Origin: Eledone cirrhosa
Lineage: Eukaryota
DNA: 64,000 nucleotides
Direction of reading: 5' to 3'
Assembly (NCBI GenBank): GCA_964016885.1
Contig: OZ024741.1
Location: forward strand, 407,464,001 to 407,528,000
The translations under genes were made by a program, and so were the position numbers. The notes beneath the pieces are model-generated. The model was not told the DNA's origin, did not search any database, and saw only the letters and a list, made by a program, of their open reading frames with translations. Positions within the stretch are counted from its first letter, which is position 1, and the number at the start of each line of letters is the position of its first letter. Below, in pieces: positions 28,453-43,246 of the stretch.

Positions 28453-29765
28453 TCACATCCACCACTAAGCCCCCCCTTTATTCTCCGATTCACTTACCTA
28501 ATATCTTCACTTTCCACTTTTTACTTCCCTATTTTCTTCACTACCTGAATATACAAGTCACTTGCGTTTCCACCCCAGATATTTTCTGTTATTTCGCAGC
28601 CATTTATATATTTTTTTATATTTGTACACACTTATTCACACTGCCGTTTTTACACCCTGTATGTATGTGTCTGAGCGTCTTTATGTGTGTATACTTTCTG
28701 TATATGTACCCGAACGCCTCCGTATGTGCGCGCGCGTGCGTGTGTATATATATGTGTATGTGTGTGTTTTTATATCTGTGTTTTTACATCTATTTTTTTA
28801 CATTCTTATTTTTATGTGTGCGCATGTAAGCGGGTCAACGTGCGTGAGTGTATGTATGTGTGTGTGTGTACGTACTGAATGTATGGATGTGTAAGGGTGC
28901 GTATGTATATATTTATGTGTGTGTATGTGTGTGTGAGTATGCAGTCGCGTACGTACGCGTGATTAGATATACATGGGGCGAGGTGTATGTATATATGGGA
29001 ATCCTGTGTGTGTATGTATACTTGCATACGCTTTTGTCTGCACGTTTTGCGTGTATATATATTTTTTTTTTTTATAGATATACGTTTCTTATAGATATAT
29101 GTGTGTATGTACGCATGTACCTTGTTTGTTTTCTTTACTTCGCAATTTTTTTCTTTCTAAATTATTGTTCCATTTTTATAAATATATCGAGAATGATACT
29201 TTCTTTTTACTATTACACTTCCTTACCTCTTTTTCTTCCGCATATAAGTGTACGCGCGTGTGGGTGTGTTTATACGCGTGCCTTCATATTCTTATAATGT
29301 ATCTAATACTCTGTTTTTCTGTATACCGGTCAAACGGACATTCATGTCTGTGTCTGTAGTTACATATACACAGATATACTTACCCTCATATATATATTTA
29401 CGCACAGATTTTCACTATACACACACATTTGTACATACATACATATGTACATCTGTGGGTGTATATACATACATATACACACACCTAATTATATTTCTTA
29501 AAAATTTTTTTATATATTTTATATGTCTATTGTATTACCTTCATCTATATTTACATAATTTTTTTGCATTTCTTGAGGAGACTTTTCAAATATTTAGCTA
29601 TGTTTTTTATTGCCACGTCCGGCGAACGAATGAAGACGTTTGTTTCGTATTCGCCTTATTCGGGAAACCTCTGGTAATGAGGTAATTATATTGTATTGTT
29701 GTTTTTTATACATTATATATATATATATATATTGGAAAATGTGTGTAATCCTTGGTACAGTTAGG

Positions 29766-30083
29766 TATATTAAGACAGGGGGGAAGAAAAAATGGCTTCA
29801 CTTGTGCTTTCAACAAATTTATTTTCTTCACAAAATCCAAAAAGAATTTTTTTCCGGATTAGAAAAAAATTTTTTCTTAAAAAAAATTGTTTTATAAATT
29901 AAGTTGTTGGTTGTTGGTTAGGTCTTAGGAGTTCTTCGTTAACGTAGGAGGTATTGTTTCGTTTTTAGAACGACCTTTCACGTTGAGGTGCGCTTGTCAA
30001 ACTGATGTATATGTGGTGTGTTGTTCTATATATGGGGATTTAACATGTCTGTGGTGTGGTGGGGGTTTCTTTTCTCCCCCTTT
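29766..30083. repeat. Left arm of a ~315-bp inverted repeat (partner 44423-44739)
   Basis: tatattaagacagggggaag...ttctccccctttt is the reverse complement of 44423-44739. Confidence 0.9.
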
Positions 30084-30568
30084 GCGTGTATATATATATT
30101 TATATTCTTATGTATACACATCAATATCTGAGTGAACGGTGAGACACACACATATATGTGTGTAGGTATGTATCGATATATGTACGTGTGGGTATATATG
30201 TATGTGGGTGTGTGTATGTGTGTGTGTGTGTATATATATGTATGGATGTGTGTATGTTTGTATGTGTGTGTGTATATATATATATATTTATGTGTGTATG
30301 TGTGTATATATATATGTATATGTATATGTATGTATGTGTATGTTTGTATATATATATGTGTATATATATATATATATATAGATAGATAGATAGATAGATA
30401 TATATGTTTATATGTGTGTGTATGTATATGTATGTACCTATATATATATGTGTGTGTGTATGTATGTGCATATATGTATATATGTGTGTACATATGTGTA
30501 TGTTTCTGTATGTGTATATGTATGTATGTATGTAGATGTATGTATATATATGTATATATATATATATA

Positions 30569-33500
30569 TATAAATTAATATGTATGTGATGAAAGACAGA
30601 TACCAACACATCTGTATATATATTGCGAAAGAAATACGGAGTCTTTTAAATTATTTAGAAATACGCAGTCTTTTAAATTATTTAGAAGTGAAGCATATCA
30701 ATTTGTCTCTGGATGTTTACTGAGGAGCGTGGGACATGATATTCCTACACTTATTTAACTCGAAACATATTTGGATCTTAAAGTCTAAACTTATCTACGG
30801 AACAGGTTTGATTTTGAAATTTAAATGTATCTAAACATCACGGCCTTTTGCCAATACAGTTCGTCTCCGTTGATTTATTATTTTAAATCGATATGGACAA
30901 ACTGTAGTATAATAATTAGTATACTTCAATCTGGCTAAATTTTTCTTTCGCAATATATATACAGATGTGTTGGTATCTGTGTTTCATCACATACATATTA
31001 ATTTATACACTGCTCAGGGGATATATTTTTCCTCATTCGAGCTGATTCCATTGTAATCATTACCTTATTAATTTTAATCTGCTCCTAGTTTGAGCTGCAA
31101 AGCCGCCTCATATACACGACTGTTATTTCTAGCAGTACGGTTATGAGACTAGTTAGATACTGTAAAGCCATGTGCGCCACGCAGTCTTTTAAATTATTTA
31201 GAAGTGAAGCATATCAATTTGTCTCTGGATGTTTACTGAGGAGCGCGGGACTTGATATTCCTACACTTATTTAACTCGAAACATATTTGGATCTTAAAGT
31301 CTAAACTTATCTACGGAACAGGTTTAATTTTGAAATTTAAATGTGTCTAAACATCACGGCCTTTTGCCAATACAGTTCGTCTCCGTTGATTTATTATTTT
31401 AAATCGATATGGACAAACTGTAGTATAATAATTAGTATACTTCAATCTGGCTAAATTTTTCTTTCGCAATATATATACAGATGTGTTGGTATCTGTGTTT
31501 CATCACATACATATTAATTTATACACTGCTCAGGGGATATGTTTTTCCTCATTCGAGCTGATTCCATTGTAAAAGAATTCATTACCTTATTAATTTTAAT
31601 CTGCTCCTAGTTTGAGCTGCAAAGCCGCCTCATATACACGACTGTTATTTCTAGCAGTACGGTTATGAGACTAGTTAGATACTGTAAAGCCATGTGCGCC
31701 ACGCAGTCTTTTAAATTATTTAGAAGTGAAGCATATCAATTTGTCTCTGGATGTTTACTGAGGAGAGTGGGACATGATATTCCTACACTTATTTAACTCG
31801 AAACATATTTGGATCTTAAAGTCTAAACTTATCTACGGAACAGGTTTGATTTTGAAATTTAAATGTGTCTAAACATCATGGCCTTTTGCCAATACAGTTC
31901 GTCTCCGTTGATTTATTATTTTAAATCGATATGGACAAACTGTAATATAATAATTAGTATACTTCAATATGGCTAAATTTTTCTTTCGCAATATATATAC
32001 AGATGTGTTGGTATCTGTGTTTCATCACATACATATTAATTTATACACTGCTCAGGGGATATATTTTTCCTCATTCGAGCTGATTCCATTGTAAAAGAAT
32101 TCATTACCTTATTAATTTTAATCTGCTCCTAGTTTGAGCTGCAAAGCCGCCTCATATACACGACTGTTATTTCTAGCAGTACGGTTATGAGACTAGTTAG
32201 ATACTGTAAAGCCATGTGCGCCACGCAGTCTTTTAAATTATTTAGAAGTGAAGCATATCAATTTGTCTCTGGATGTTTACTGAGGAGCGCGGGACTTGAT
32301 ATTCCTACACTTATTTAACTCGAAACATATTTGGATCTTAAAGTCTAAAATTATCTACGGAACAGGTTTGATTTTGAAATTTAAATGTCTCTAAACATCA
32401 CGGCCTTTTGCCAATACAGTTCGTCTCCGTTGATTTATTATTTTAAATCGATATGGACAAACTGTAATATAATCATTAGTATACTTCAATCTGGCTAAAT
32501 TTTTCTTTCGCAATATATATACAGATGTGTTGGTATCTGTGTTTCATCACATACATATTAATTTATACACTGCTCAGGGGATATATTTTTCCTCATTCGA
32601 GCTGATTCCATTGTAAAAGAATTCATTACCTTATTAATTTTAATCTGCTCCTAGTTTGAGCTGCAAAGCCGCCTCATATACACGACTGTTATTTCTAGCA
32701 GTACGGTTATGAGACTAGTTAGATACTGTAAAGCCATGTGCGCCACGCAGTCTTTTAAATTATTTAGAAGTGAAGCATATCAATTTGTCTCTGGATGTTT
32801 ACTGAGGAGAGTGGGACATGATATTCCTACACTTATTTAACTCGAAACATATTTGGATCTTAAAGTCTAAACTTATCTACGGAACAGGTTTAATTTTGAA
32901 ATTTAAATGTGTCTAAACATCACGGCCTTTTGCCAATACAGTTCGTCTCCGTTGATTTATTATTTTAAATCGATATGGACAAACTGTAGTATAATAATTA
33001 GTATACTTCAATCTGGCTAAATTTTTCTTTCACAATATATATACAGATGTGTTGGTATCTGTGTTTCATCACATACATATTAATTTATACACTGCTCAGG
33101 GGATATATTTTTCCTCATTCGAGCTGATTCCATTGTAAAAGAATTCATTACCTTATTAATTTTAATCTGCTCCTAGTTTGAGCTGCAAAGCCGCCTCATA
33201 TACACGACTGTTATTTCTAGCAGTACGGTTATGAGACTAGTTAGATACTGTAAAGCCATGTGCGCCACGCAGTCTTTTAAATTATTTAGAAGTGAAGCAT
33301 ATCAATTTGTCTCTGGATGTTTACTGAAGAGAGCGGACATGATATTCCTACACTTATTTAACTCGAAACATATTTGGATCTTAAAGTCTAAACTTATCTA
33401 CGGAACAGGTTTGATTTTGAAATTTAAATGTGTCTAAACATCACGGCCTTTTGCCAATACAGTTCGTCTCCGTTGATTTATTATTTTAAATCGATATGGA

Positions 33501-36500
33501 CAAACTGTAGTATAATAATTAGTATACTTCAATCTGGCTAAATTTTTATTTCGCAATATATATACAGATGTGTTGGTATCTGTGTTTCATCACATACATA
33601 TTAATTTATACACTGCTCAGGGGATATATTTTTCCTCATTCGAGCTGATTCCATTGTAAAAGAATTCATTACCTTATTAATTTTAATCTGCTCCTAGTTT
33701 GAGCTGCAAAGCCGTCTCATATACACGACTGTTATTTCTAGCAGTACGGTTATGAGACTAGTTAGATACTGTAAAGCCATGTGCGCCACGCAGTCTTTTA
33801 AATTATTTAGAAGTGAAGCATATCAATTTGTCTCTGGATGTTTACTGAGGAGGGTGGGACATGATATACCTACACTTATTTAACTCGAAATATATTTGGA
33901 TCTTAAAGTCTAAACTTATCTACGGAACAGGTTTAATTTTGAAATTTAAATGTGTCTAAACATCACGGCCTTTTGCCAATACAGTTCGTCTCCGTTGATT
34001 TATTATTTTAAATCGATATGGACAAACTGTAGTATAATAATTAGTATACTTCAATCTGGCTAAATTTTTCTTTCGCAATATATATACAGATGTGTTGGTA
34101 TCTGTGTTTCATCACATACATATTAATTTATACACTGCTCAGGGGATATATTTTTCCTCATTCGAGCTGATTCCATTGTAAAAGAATTCATTACCTTATT
34201 AATTTTAATCTGCTCCTAGTTTGAGCTGCAAAGCCGCCTCATATACACGACTGTTATTTCTAGCAGTACGGTTATGAGACTAGTTAGATACTGTAAAGCC
34301 ATGTGCGCCACGCAGTCTTTTAAATTATTTAGAAGTGAAGCATATCAATTTGTCTCTGGATGTTTACTGAGGAGCGCGGGACATGATATTCCTACACTTA
34401 TTTAACTCGAAACATATTTGGATCTTAAAGTCTAAACTTATCTACGGAACAGGTTTGATTTTGAAATTTAAATGTGTCTAAACATCACGGCCTTTTGCCA
34501 ATACAGTTCGTCTCCGTTGATTTATTATTTTAAATCGATATGGACAAACTGTAGTATAATAATTAGTATACTTCAATCTGGCTAAATTTTTCTTTCGCAA
34601 TATATATACAGATGTGTTGGTATCTGTGTTTCATCACATACATATTAATTTATACACTGCTCAGGGGATATATTTTTCCTCATTCGAGCTGATTCCATTG
34701 TAAAAGAATTCATTACCTTATTAATTTTAATCTGCTCCTAGTTTGAGCTGCAAAGCCGCCTCATATACACGACTGTTATTTCTAGCAGTACGGTTATGAG
34801 ACTAGTTAGATACTGTAAAGCCATGTGCGCCACGCAGTCTTTTAAATTATTTAGAAGTGAAGCATATCAATTTGTCTCTGGATGTTTACTGAGGAGCGCG
34901 GGACATGATATTCCTACACTTATTTAACTCGAAACATATTTGGATCTTAAAGTCTAAACTTATCTACGGAACAGGTTTGATTTTGAAATTTAAATGTGTC
35001 TAAACATCGCGGCCTTTTGCCAATACAGTTCGTCTCCGTTCATTTATTATTTTAAATCGATATGGACAAACTGTAGTATAATAATTAGTATACTTCAATC
35101 TGGCTAAATTTTTCATTCGCAATATATATACAGATGTGTTGGTATCTGTGTTTCATCACATACATATTAATTTATACACTGCTCAGGGGATATATTTTTC
35201 CTCATTCGAGCTGATTCCATTGTAAAAGAATTCATTACCTTATTAATTTTAATCTGCTCCTAGTTTGAGCTGCAAAGCCGCCTCATATACACGACTGTTA
35301 TTTCTAGCAGTACGGTTATGAGACTAGTTAGATACTGCAAAGCCTTGTGCGCCACGCAGTCTTTTAAATTATTTAGAAGTGAAGCATATCAATTTGTCTC
35401 TGGATGTTTACTGAGGAGGGTGGGACATGATATTCCTACACTTATTTAACTCGAAACATATTTGGATCTTAAAGTCTAAAATTATCTACGGAACAGGTTT
35501 GATTTTGAAATTTAAATGTGTCTAAACATCACGGCCTTTTGCCAATACATTCCGTCTTCGTTGATTTATTATTTTAAATCGATATGGACAAACTGTAATA
35601 TAATAATTAGTATACTTCAATCTGGCTAAACTTTTCTTTCGCAATATATATACAGATGTGTTGGTATCTGTGTTTCATCACATACATATTAATTTATACA
35701 CTGCTCAGGGGATATATTTTTCCTCATTCGAGCTGATTCCATTGTAAAAGAATTCATTACCTTATTAATTTTAATCTGCTCCTAGTTTGAGCTGCAAAGC
35801 CGCCTCATATACACGACTGTTATTTCTAGCAGTACGGTTATGAGACTAGTTAGATACTGTAAAGCCATGTGCGCCACGCAGTCTTTTGAATTATTTAGAA
35901 GTGAAGCATATCAATTTGTCTCTGGATGTTTATTGAGGAGAGCGGGACATGATATTCCTACACTTATTTAACTCGAAACATATTTGGATCTTAAAGTCTA
36001 AACTTATCTACGGAACAGGTTTGATTTTGAAATTTAAATGTGTCTAAACATCACGGCCTTTTGCCAATACAGTTCGTCTCCGTTGATTTATTATTTTAAA
36101 TCGATATGGACAAACTGTAGTATAATAATTAGTATACTTCAATCTGGCTAAATTTTTCTTTCGCAATATATATACAGATGTGTTGGTATCTGTGTTTCAT
36201 CACATACATATTAATTTATACACTGCTCAGGGGATATATTTTTCCTTATTCGAGCTGATTCCATTGTAAAAGAATTCATTACCTTATTAATTTTAATCTG
36301 CTCCTAGTTTGAGCTGCAAAGCCGCCTCATATACACGACTGTTATTTCTAGCAGTACGGTTATGAGACTAGTTAGATACTGTAAAGCCATGTGCGCCACG
36401 CAGTCTTTTAAATTATTTAGAAGTGAAGCATATCAATTTGTCTCTGGATGTTTACTGAGGAGCGCGGGACATTATATTCCTACACTTATTTAACTCGAAA

Positions 36501-39500
36501 CATATTTGGATCTTAAAGTCTAAACTTATCTACGGAAGAGGTTTGATTTTGAAATTTAAATGTGTCTAAACATCACGTCCTTTTGCCAATACAGTTCGTC
36601 TCCGTTGATTTATTATTTTAAATCGATATGGACAAACTGTAGTATAATAATTAGTATACTTCAATCTGGCTAAATTTTTCTTTCGCAATATATATACAGA
36701 TGTGTTGGTATCTGTGTTTCATCACATACATATTAATTTATACACTGCTCAGGGGATATATTTTTCCTCATTCGAGCTGATTCCATTGTAAAAGAATTCA
36801 TTACCTTATTAATTTTAATCTGCTCCTAGTTTGAGCTGCAAAGCCGCCTCATATACACGACTGTTATTTCTAGCAGTACGGTTATGAGACTAGTTAGATA
36901 CTGTAAAGCCATGTGCGCCACGCAGTCTTTTAAATTTTTAGAAGTGAAGCATATCAATTTGTCTCTGGATGTTTACTGAGGAGAGCGGGACATGATATTC
37001 CTACACTTATTTATCTCGAAACATATTTGGATCTTAAAGTCTAAACTTATCTACGGAACAGGTTTGATTTTGAAATTTAAATGTGTCTAAACATCACGGC
37101 CTTTTGCCAATACAGTTCGTCTCCGTTGATTTATTATTTTAAATCGATATGGACAAACTGTAGTATAATAATTAATATACTTCAATCTGGCTAAATTTTC
37201 CTTTCGCAATATATATATACAGATGTGTTGGTATCTGTGTTTCATCACATACATATTAATTTATACACTGCTCAGGGGATATATTTTTCCTCATTCGAGC
37301 TGATTCCATTGTAAAAGAATTCATTACCTTATTAATTTTAATCTGCTCCTAGTTTGAGCTGCAAAGCCGCCTCATATACACGACTGTTATTTCTAGCAGT
37401 ACGGTTATGAGACTAGTTAGATACTGTAAAGCCATGTGCGCCACGCAGTCTTTTAAATTATTTAGAAGTGAAGCATATCAATTTGTCTCTGGATGTTTAC
37501 TGAAGAGAGCGGACATGATATTCCTACACTTATTTAACTCGAAACATATTTGGATCTTAAAGTCTAAACTTATCTACGGAACAGGTTTGATTTTGAAATT
37601 TAAATGTGTCTAAACATCACGGCCTTTTGCCAATACAGTTCGTCTCCGTTGATTTATTATTTTAAATCGATATGGACAAACTGTAGTATAATAATTAGTA
37701 TACTTCAATCTGGCTAAATTTTTCTTTCGCAATATATATACAGATGTGTTGGTATCTGTGTTTCATCACATACATATTAATTTATACACTGCTCAGGGGA
37801 TATATTTTTCCTCATTCGAGCTGATTCCATTGTAAAAGAATTCATTACCTTATTAATTTTAATCTGCTCCTAGTTTGAGCTGCAAAGCCGCCTCATATAC
37901 ACGACTGTTATTTCTAGCAGTACGGTTATGAGACTAATTAGATACTGTAAAGCCATGTGCGCCACGCAGTCTTTTAAATTATTTAGAAGTGAAGCATATC
38001 AATTTGTCTCTGGATGTTTACTGAGGAGAGTGGGACATGATATTCCTACACTTATTTAACTCGAAATATATTTGGATCTTAAAGTCTAAACTTATCTACG
38101 GAAGAGGTTTGATTTTGAAATTTAAATGTGTCTAAACATCACGTCCTTTTGCCAATACAGTTCGTCTCCGTTGATTTATTATTTTAAATCGATATGGACA
38201 AACTGTAGTATAATAATTAGTATACTTCAATCTGGCTAAATTTTTCTTTCGCAATATATATACAGATGTGTTGGTATCTGTGTTTCATCACATACATATT
38301 AATTTATACACTGCTCAGGGGATATATTTTTCCTCATTCGAGCTGATTCCATTGTAAAAGAATTCATTACCTTATTAATTTTAATCTGCTCCTAGTTTGA
38401 GCTGCAAAGCCGCCTCATATACACGACTGTTATTTCTAGCAGTACGGTTATGAGACTAGTTAGATACTGTAAAGCCATGTGCGCCACGCAGTCTTTTAAA
38501 TTTTTAGAAGTGAAGCATATCAATTTGTCTCTGGATGTTTACTGAGGAGAGCGGGACATGATATTCCTACACTTATTTATCTCGAAACATATTTGGATCT
38601 TAAAGTCTAAACTTATCTACGGAACAGGTTTGATTTTGAAATTTAAATGTGTCTAAACATCACGCCCTTTTGCCAATACAGTTCGTCTCCGTTGATTTAT
38701 TATTTTAAATCGATATGGACAAACTGTAGTATAATAATTAATATACTTCAATCTGGCTAAATTTTTCTTTCGCAATATATATATACAGATGTGTTGGTAT
38801 CTGTGTTTCATCACATACATATTAATTTATACACTGCTCAGGGGATATATTTTTCCTCATTCGAGCTGATTCCATTGTAAAAGAATTCATTACCTTATTA
38901 ATTTTAATCTGCTCCTAGTTTGAGCTGCAAAGCCGCCTCATATACACGACTGTTATTTCTAGCAGTACGGTTATGAGACTAGTTAGATACTGTAAAGCCA
39001 TGTGCGCCACGCAGTCTTTTAAATTATTTAGAAGTGAAGCATATCAATTTGTCTCTGGATGTTTACTGAAGAGAGCGGACATGATATTCCTACACTTATT
39101 TAACTCGAAACATATTTGGATCTTAAAGTCTAAACTTATCTACGGAACAGGTTTGATTTTGAAATTTAAATGTGTCTAAACATCACGGCCTTTTGCCAAT
39201 ACAGTTCGTCTCCGTTGATTTATTATTTTAAATCGATATGGACAAACTGTAGTATAATAATTAGTATACTTCAATCTGGCTAAATTTTTCTTTCGCAATA
39301 TATATACAGATGTGTTGGTATCTGTGTTTCATCACATACATATTAATTTATACACTGCTCAGGGGATATATTTTTCCTCATTCGAGCTGATTCCATTGTA
39401 AAAGAATTCATTACCTTATTAATTTTAATCTGCTCCTAGTTTGAGCTGCAAAGCCGCCTCATATACACGACTGTTATTTCTAGCAGTACGGTTATGAGAC

Positions 39501-42500
39501 TAGTTAGATACTGTAAAGCCATGTGCGCCACGCAGTCTTTTAAATTATTTAGAAGTGAAGCATATCAATTTGTCTCTGGATGTTTACTGAGGAGAGTGGG
39601 ACATGATATTCCTACACTTATTTAACTCGAAATATATTTGGATCTTAAAGTCTAAACTTATCTACGGAACAGGTTTAATTTTGAAATTTAAATGTGTCTA
39701 AACATCACGGCCTTTTGCCAATACAGTTCGTCTCCGTTGATTTATTATTTTAAATCGATATGGACAAACTGTAGTATAATAATTAGTATACTTCTATCTG
39801 GCTAAATTTTTCTTTCGCAATATATATACAGATGTGTTGGTATCTGTGTTTCATCACATACATATTAATTTATACACTGCTCAGGGGATATATTTTTCCT
39901 CATTCGAGCTGATTCCATTGTAAAAGAATTCATTACCTTATTAATTTTAATCTGCTCCTAGTTTGAGCTGCAAAGCCGCCTCATATACACGACTGTTATT
40001 TCTAGCAGTACGGTTATGAGACTAGTTAGATACTGTAAAGCCATGTGCGCCACGCAGTCTTTTAAATTATTTAGAAGTGAAGCATATCAATTTGTCTCTG
40101 GATGTTTACTGAGGAGCGCGGGACATGATATTCCTACACTTATTTAACTCGAAACATATTTGGATCTTAAAGTCTAAACTTATCTACGGAACAGGTTTGA
40201 TTTTGAAATTTAAATGTGTCTAAACATCACGGCCTTTTGCCAATACAGTTCGTCTCCGTTGATTTATTATTTTAAATCGATATGGACAAACTGTAGTATA
40301 ATAATTAGTATACTTCAATCTGGCTAAATTTTTCTTTCGCAATATATATACAGATGTGTTGGTATCTGTGTTTCATCACATACATATTAATTTATACACT
40401 GCTCAGGGGATTTATTTTTCCTCATTCGAGCTGATTCCATTGTAAAAGAATTCATTACCTTATTAATTTTAATCTGCTCCTAGTTTGAGCTGCAAAGCCG
40501 CCTCATATACACGACTGTTATTTCTAGCAGTACGGTTATGAGACTAGTTAGATACTGTAAAGCCATGTGCGCCACGCAGTCTTTTAAATTATTTAGAAGT
40601 GAAGCATATCAATTTGTCTCTGGATGTTTACTGAGGAGCGCGGGACATGATATTCCTACACTTATTTAACTCGAAACATATTTGGATCTTAAAGTCTAAA
40701 CTTATCTACGGAACAGGTTTAATTTTGAAATTTAAATGTGTCTAAACATCACGGCCTTTTGCCAATACAGTTCGTCTCCGTTGATTTATTATTTTAAATC
40801 GATATGGACAAACTGTAGTATAATAATTAGTATACTTCAATCTGGCTAAATTTTTCATTCGCAATATATATACAGATGTGTTGGTATCTGTGTTTCATCA
40901 CATACATATTAATTTATACACTGCTCAGGGGATATATTTTTCCTCATTCGAGCTGATTCCATTGTAAAAGAATTCATTACCTTATTAATTTTAATCTGCT
41001 CCTAGTTTGAGCTGCAAAGCCGCCTCATATACACGACTGTTATTTCTAGCAGTACGGTTATGAGACTAGTTAGATACTGCAAAGCCTTGTGCGCCACGCA
41101 GTCTTTTAAATTATTTAGAAGTGAAGCATATCAATTTGTCTCTGGATGTTTACTGAGGAGCGCGGGACATGATATTCCTACACTTATTTAACTCGAAACA
41201 TATTTGGATCGTAAAGTCTAAAATTATCTACGGAACAGGTTTGATTTTGAAATTTAAATGTGTCTAAACATCACGGCCTTTTGCCAATACATTCCGTCTC
41301 CGTTGATTTATTATTTTAAATCGATATGGACAAACTGTAATATAATAATTAGTATACTTCAATCTGGCTAAACTTTTCTTTCGCAATATATATACAGATG
41401 TGTTGGTATCTGTGTTTCATCACATACATATTAATTTATACACTGCTCAGGGGATATATTTTTCCTCATTCGAGCTGATTCCATTGTAAAAGAATTCATT
41501 ACCTTATTAATTTTAATCTGCTCCTAGTTTGAGCTGCAAAGCCGCCTCATATACACGACTGTTATTTCTAGCAGTACGGTTATGAGACTAGTTAGATACT
41601 GTAAAGCCATGTGCGCCACGCAGTCTTTTAAATTATTTAGAAGTGAAGCATATCAATTTGTCTCTGGATGTTTATTGAGGAGAGCGGGACATGATATTCC
41701 TACACTTATTTAACTCGAAACATATTTGGATCTTAAAGTCTAAACTTATCTACGGAACAGGTTTGATTTTGAAATTTAAATGTGTCTAAACATCACGGCC
41801 TTTTGCCAATACAGTTCGTCTCCGTTGATTTATTATTTTAAATCGATATGGACAAACTGTAGTATAATAATTAGTATACTTCAATCTGGCTAAATTTTTC
41901 TTTCGCAATATATATACAGATGTGTTGGTATCTGTGTTTCATCACATACATATTAATTTATACACTGCTCAGGGGATATATTTTTCCTTATTCGAGCTGA
42001 TTCCATTGTAAAAGAATTCATTACCTTATTAATTTTAATCTGCTCCTAGTTTGAGCTGCAAAGCCGCCTCATATACACGACTGTTATTTCTAGCAGTACG
42101 GTTATGAGACTAGTTAGATACTGTAAAGCCATGTGCGCCACGCAGTCTTTTAAATTATTTAGAAGTGAAGCATATCAATTTGTCTCTGGATGTTTACTGA
42201 GGAGCGCGGGACATTATATTCCTACACTTATTTAACTCGAAACATATTTGGATCTTAAAGTCTAAACTTATCTACGGAAGAGGTTTGATTTTGAAATTTA
42301 AATGTGTCTAAACATCACGTCCTTTTGCCAATACAGTTCGTCTCCGTTGATTTATTATTTTAAATCGATATGGACAAACTGTAGTATAATAATTAGTATA
42401 CTTCAATCTGGCTAAATTTTTCTTTCGCAATATATATACAGATGTGTTGGTATCTGTGTTTCATCACATACATATTAATTTATACACTGCTCAGGGGATA

Positions 42501-43004
42501 TATTTTTCCTCATTCGAGCTGATTCCATTGTAAAAGAATTCATTACCTTATTAATTTTAATCTGCTCCTAGTTTGAGCTGCAAAGCCGCCTCATATACAC
42601 GACTGTTATTTCTAGCAGTACGGTTATGAGACTAGTTAGATACTGTAAAGCCATGTGCGCCACGCAGTCTTTTAAATTTTTAGAAGTGAAGCATATCAAT
42701 TTGTCTCTGGATGTTTACTGAGGAGCGCGGGACATGATATTCCTACACTTATTTATCTCGAAACATATTTGGATCTTAAAGTCTAAACTTATCTACGGAA
42801 CAGGTTTGATTTTGAAATTTAAATGTGTCTAAACATCACGGCCTTTTGCTAATACAGTTCGTCTCCGTTGATTTATTATTTTAAATCGATATGGACAAAC
42901 TGTAGTATAATAATTAGTATACTTCAATCTGGCTAAATTTTTCTTTCGCAATATATATACAGATGTGTTGGTATCTGTGTTTCATCACATATATATTAAT
43001 TTAT
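30569..43004 (+). repeat. Tandem array of ~23.6 x 522-bp units, each with a hammerhead ribozyme (retrozyme-like satellite)
   Basis: Period 522 (e.g. HHR starts at 31228 and 31750). 30569-30634 is an inverted copy of the unit 3' end. Ends in (TA)n. Confidence 0.95.
31750..31877 (+). ncRNA. Representative type I HHR of the 522-bp unit (~24 copies, ~30712-42840)
   Basis: GAUGUUUA-CUGAGGA-GAGU...ACUC-GAA-ACAUAUUU(long hairpin)AAAUGUGU-C^UAAACAUC. 8-bp stem I, GUC triplet at 31867-31869. Confidence 0.9.
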
Positions 43005-43111
43005 ATATATATATATATATGTATGTATATATGTGTCTTTATGTGCTCGTGTGTACACATATATATATGTATATATGTATGTGTGTATATATGTGTGTGT
43101 ATGTGTATATT

Positions 43112-43246
<135 letters not shown>

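Noticed and set aside
29570-29685. Possible HHR at the 3' end of the 27480 element
   Set aside because: GAAACC..GGUA is present but I could not assign a clean core or stem I.
33231-33437. 68-aa ORF repeated three times in the array
   Set aside because: Open only in units with a 1-nt deletion; overlaps the ribozyme; no recognisable motif.
30569-43004. CRISPR array or rDNA/snRNA cluster
   Set aside because: No unique spacers; no resemblance to 5S, tRNA or snRNA that I recognise.
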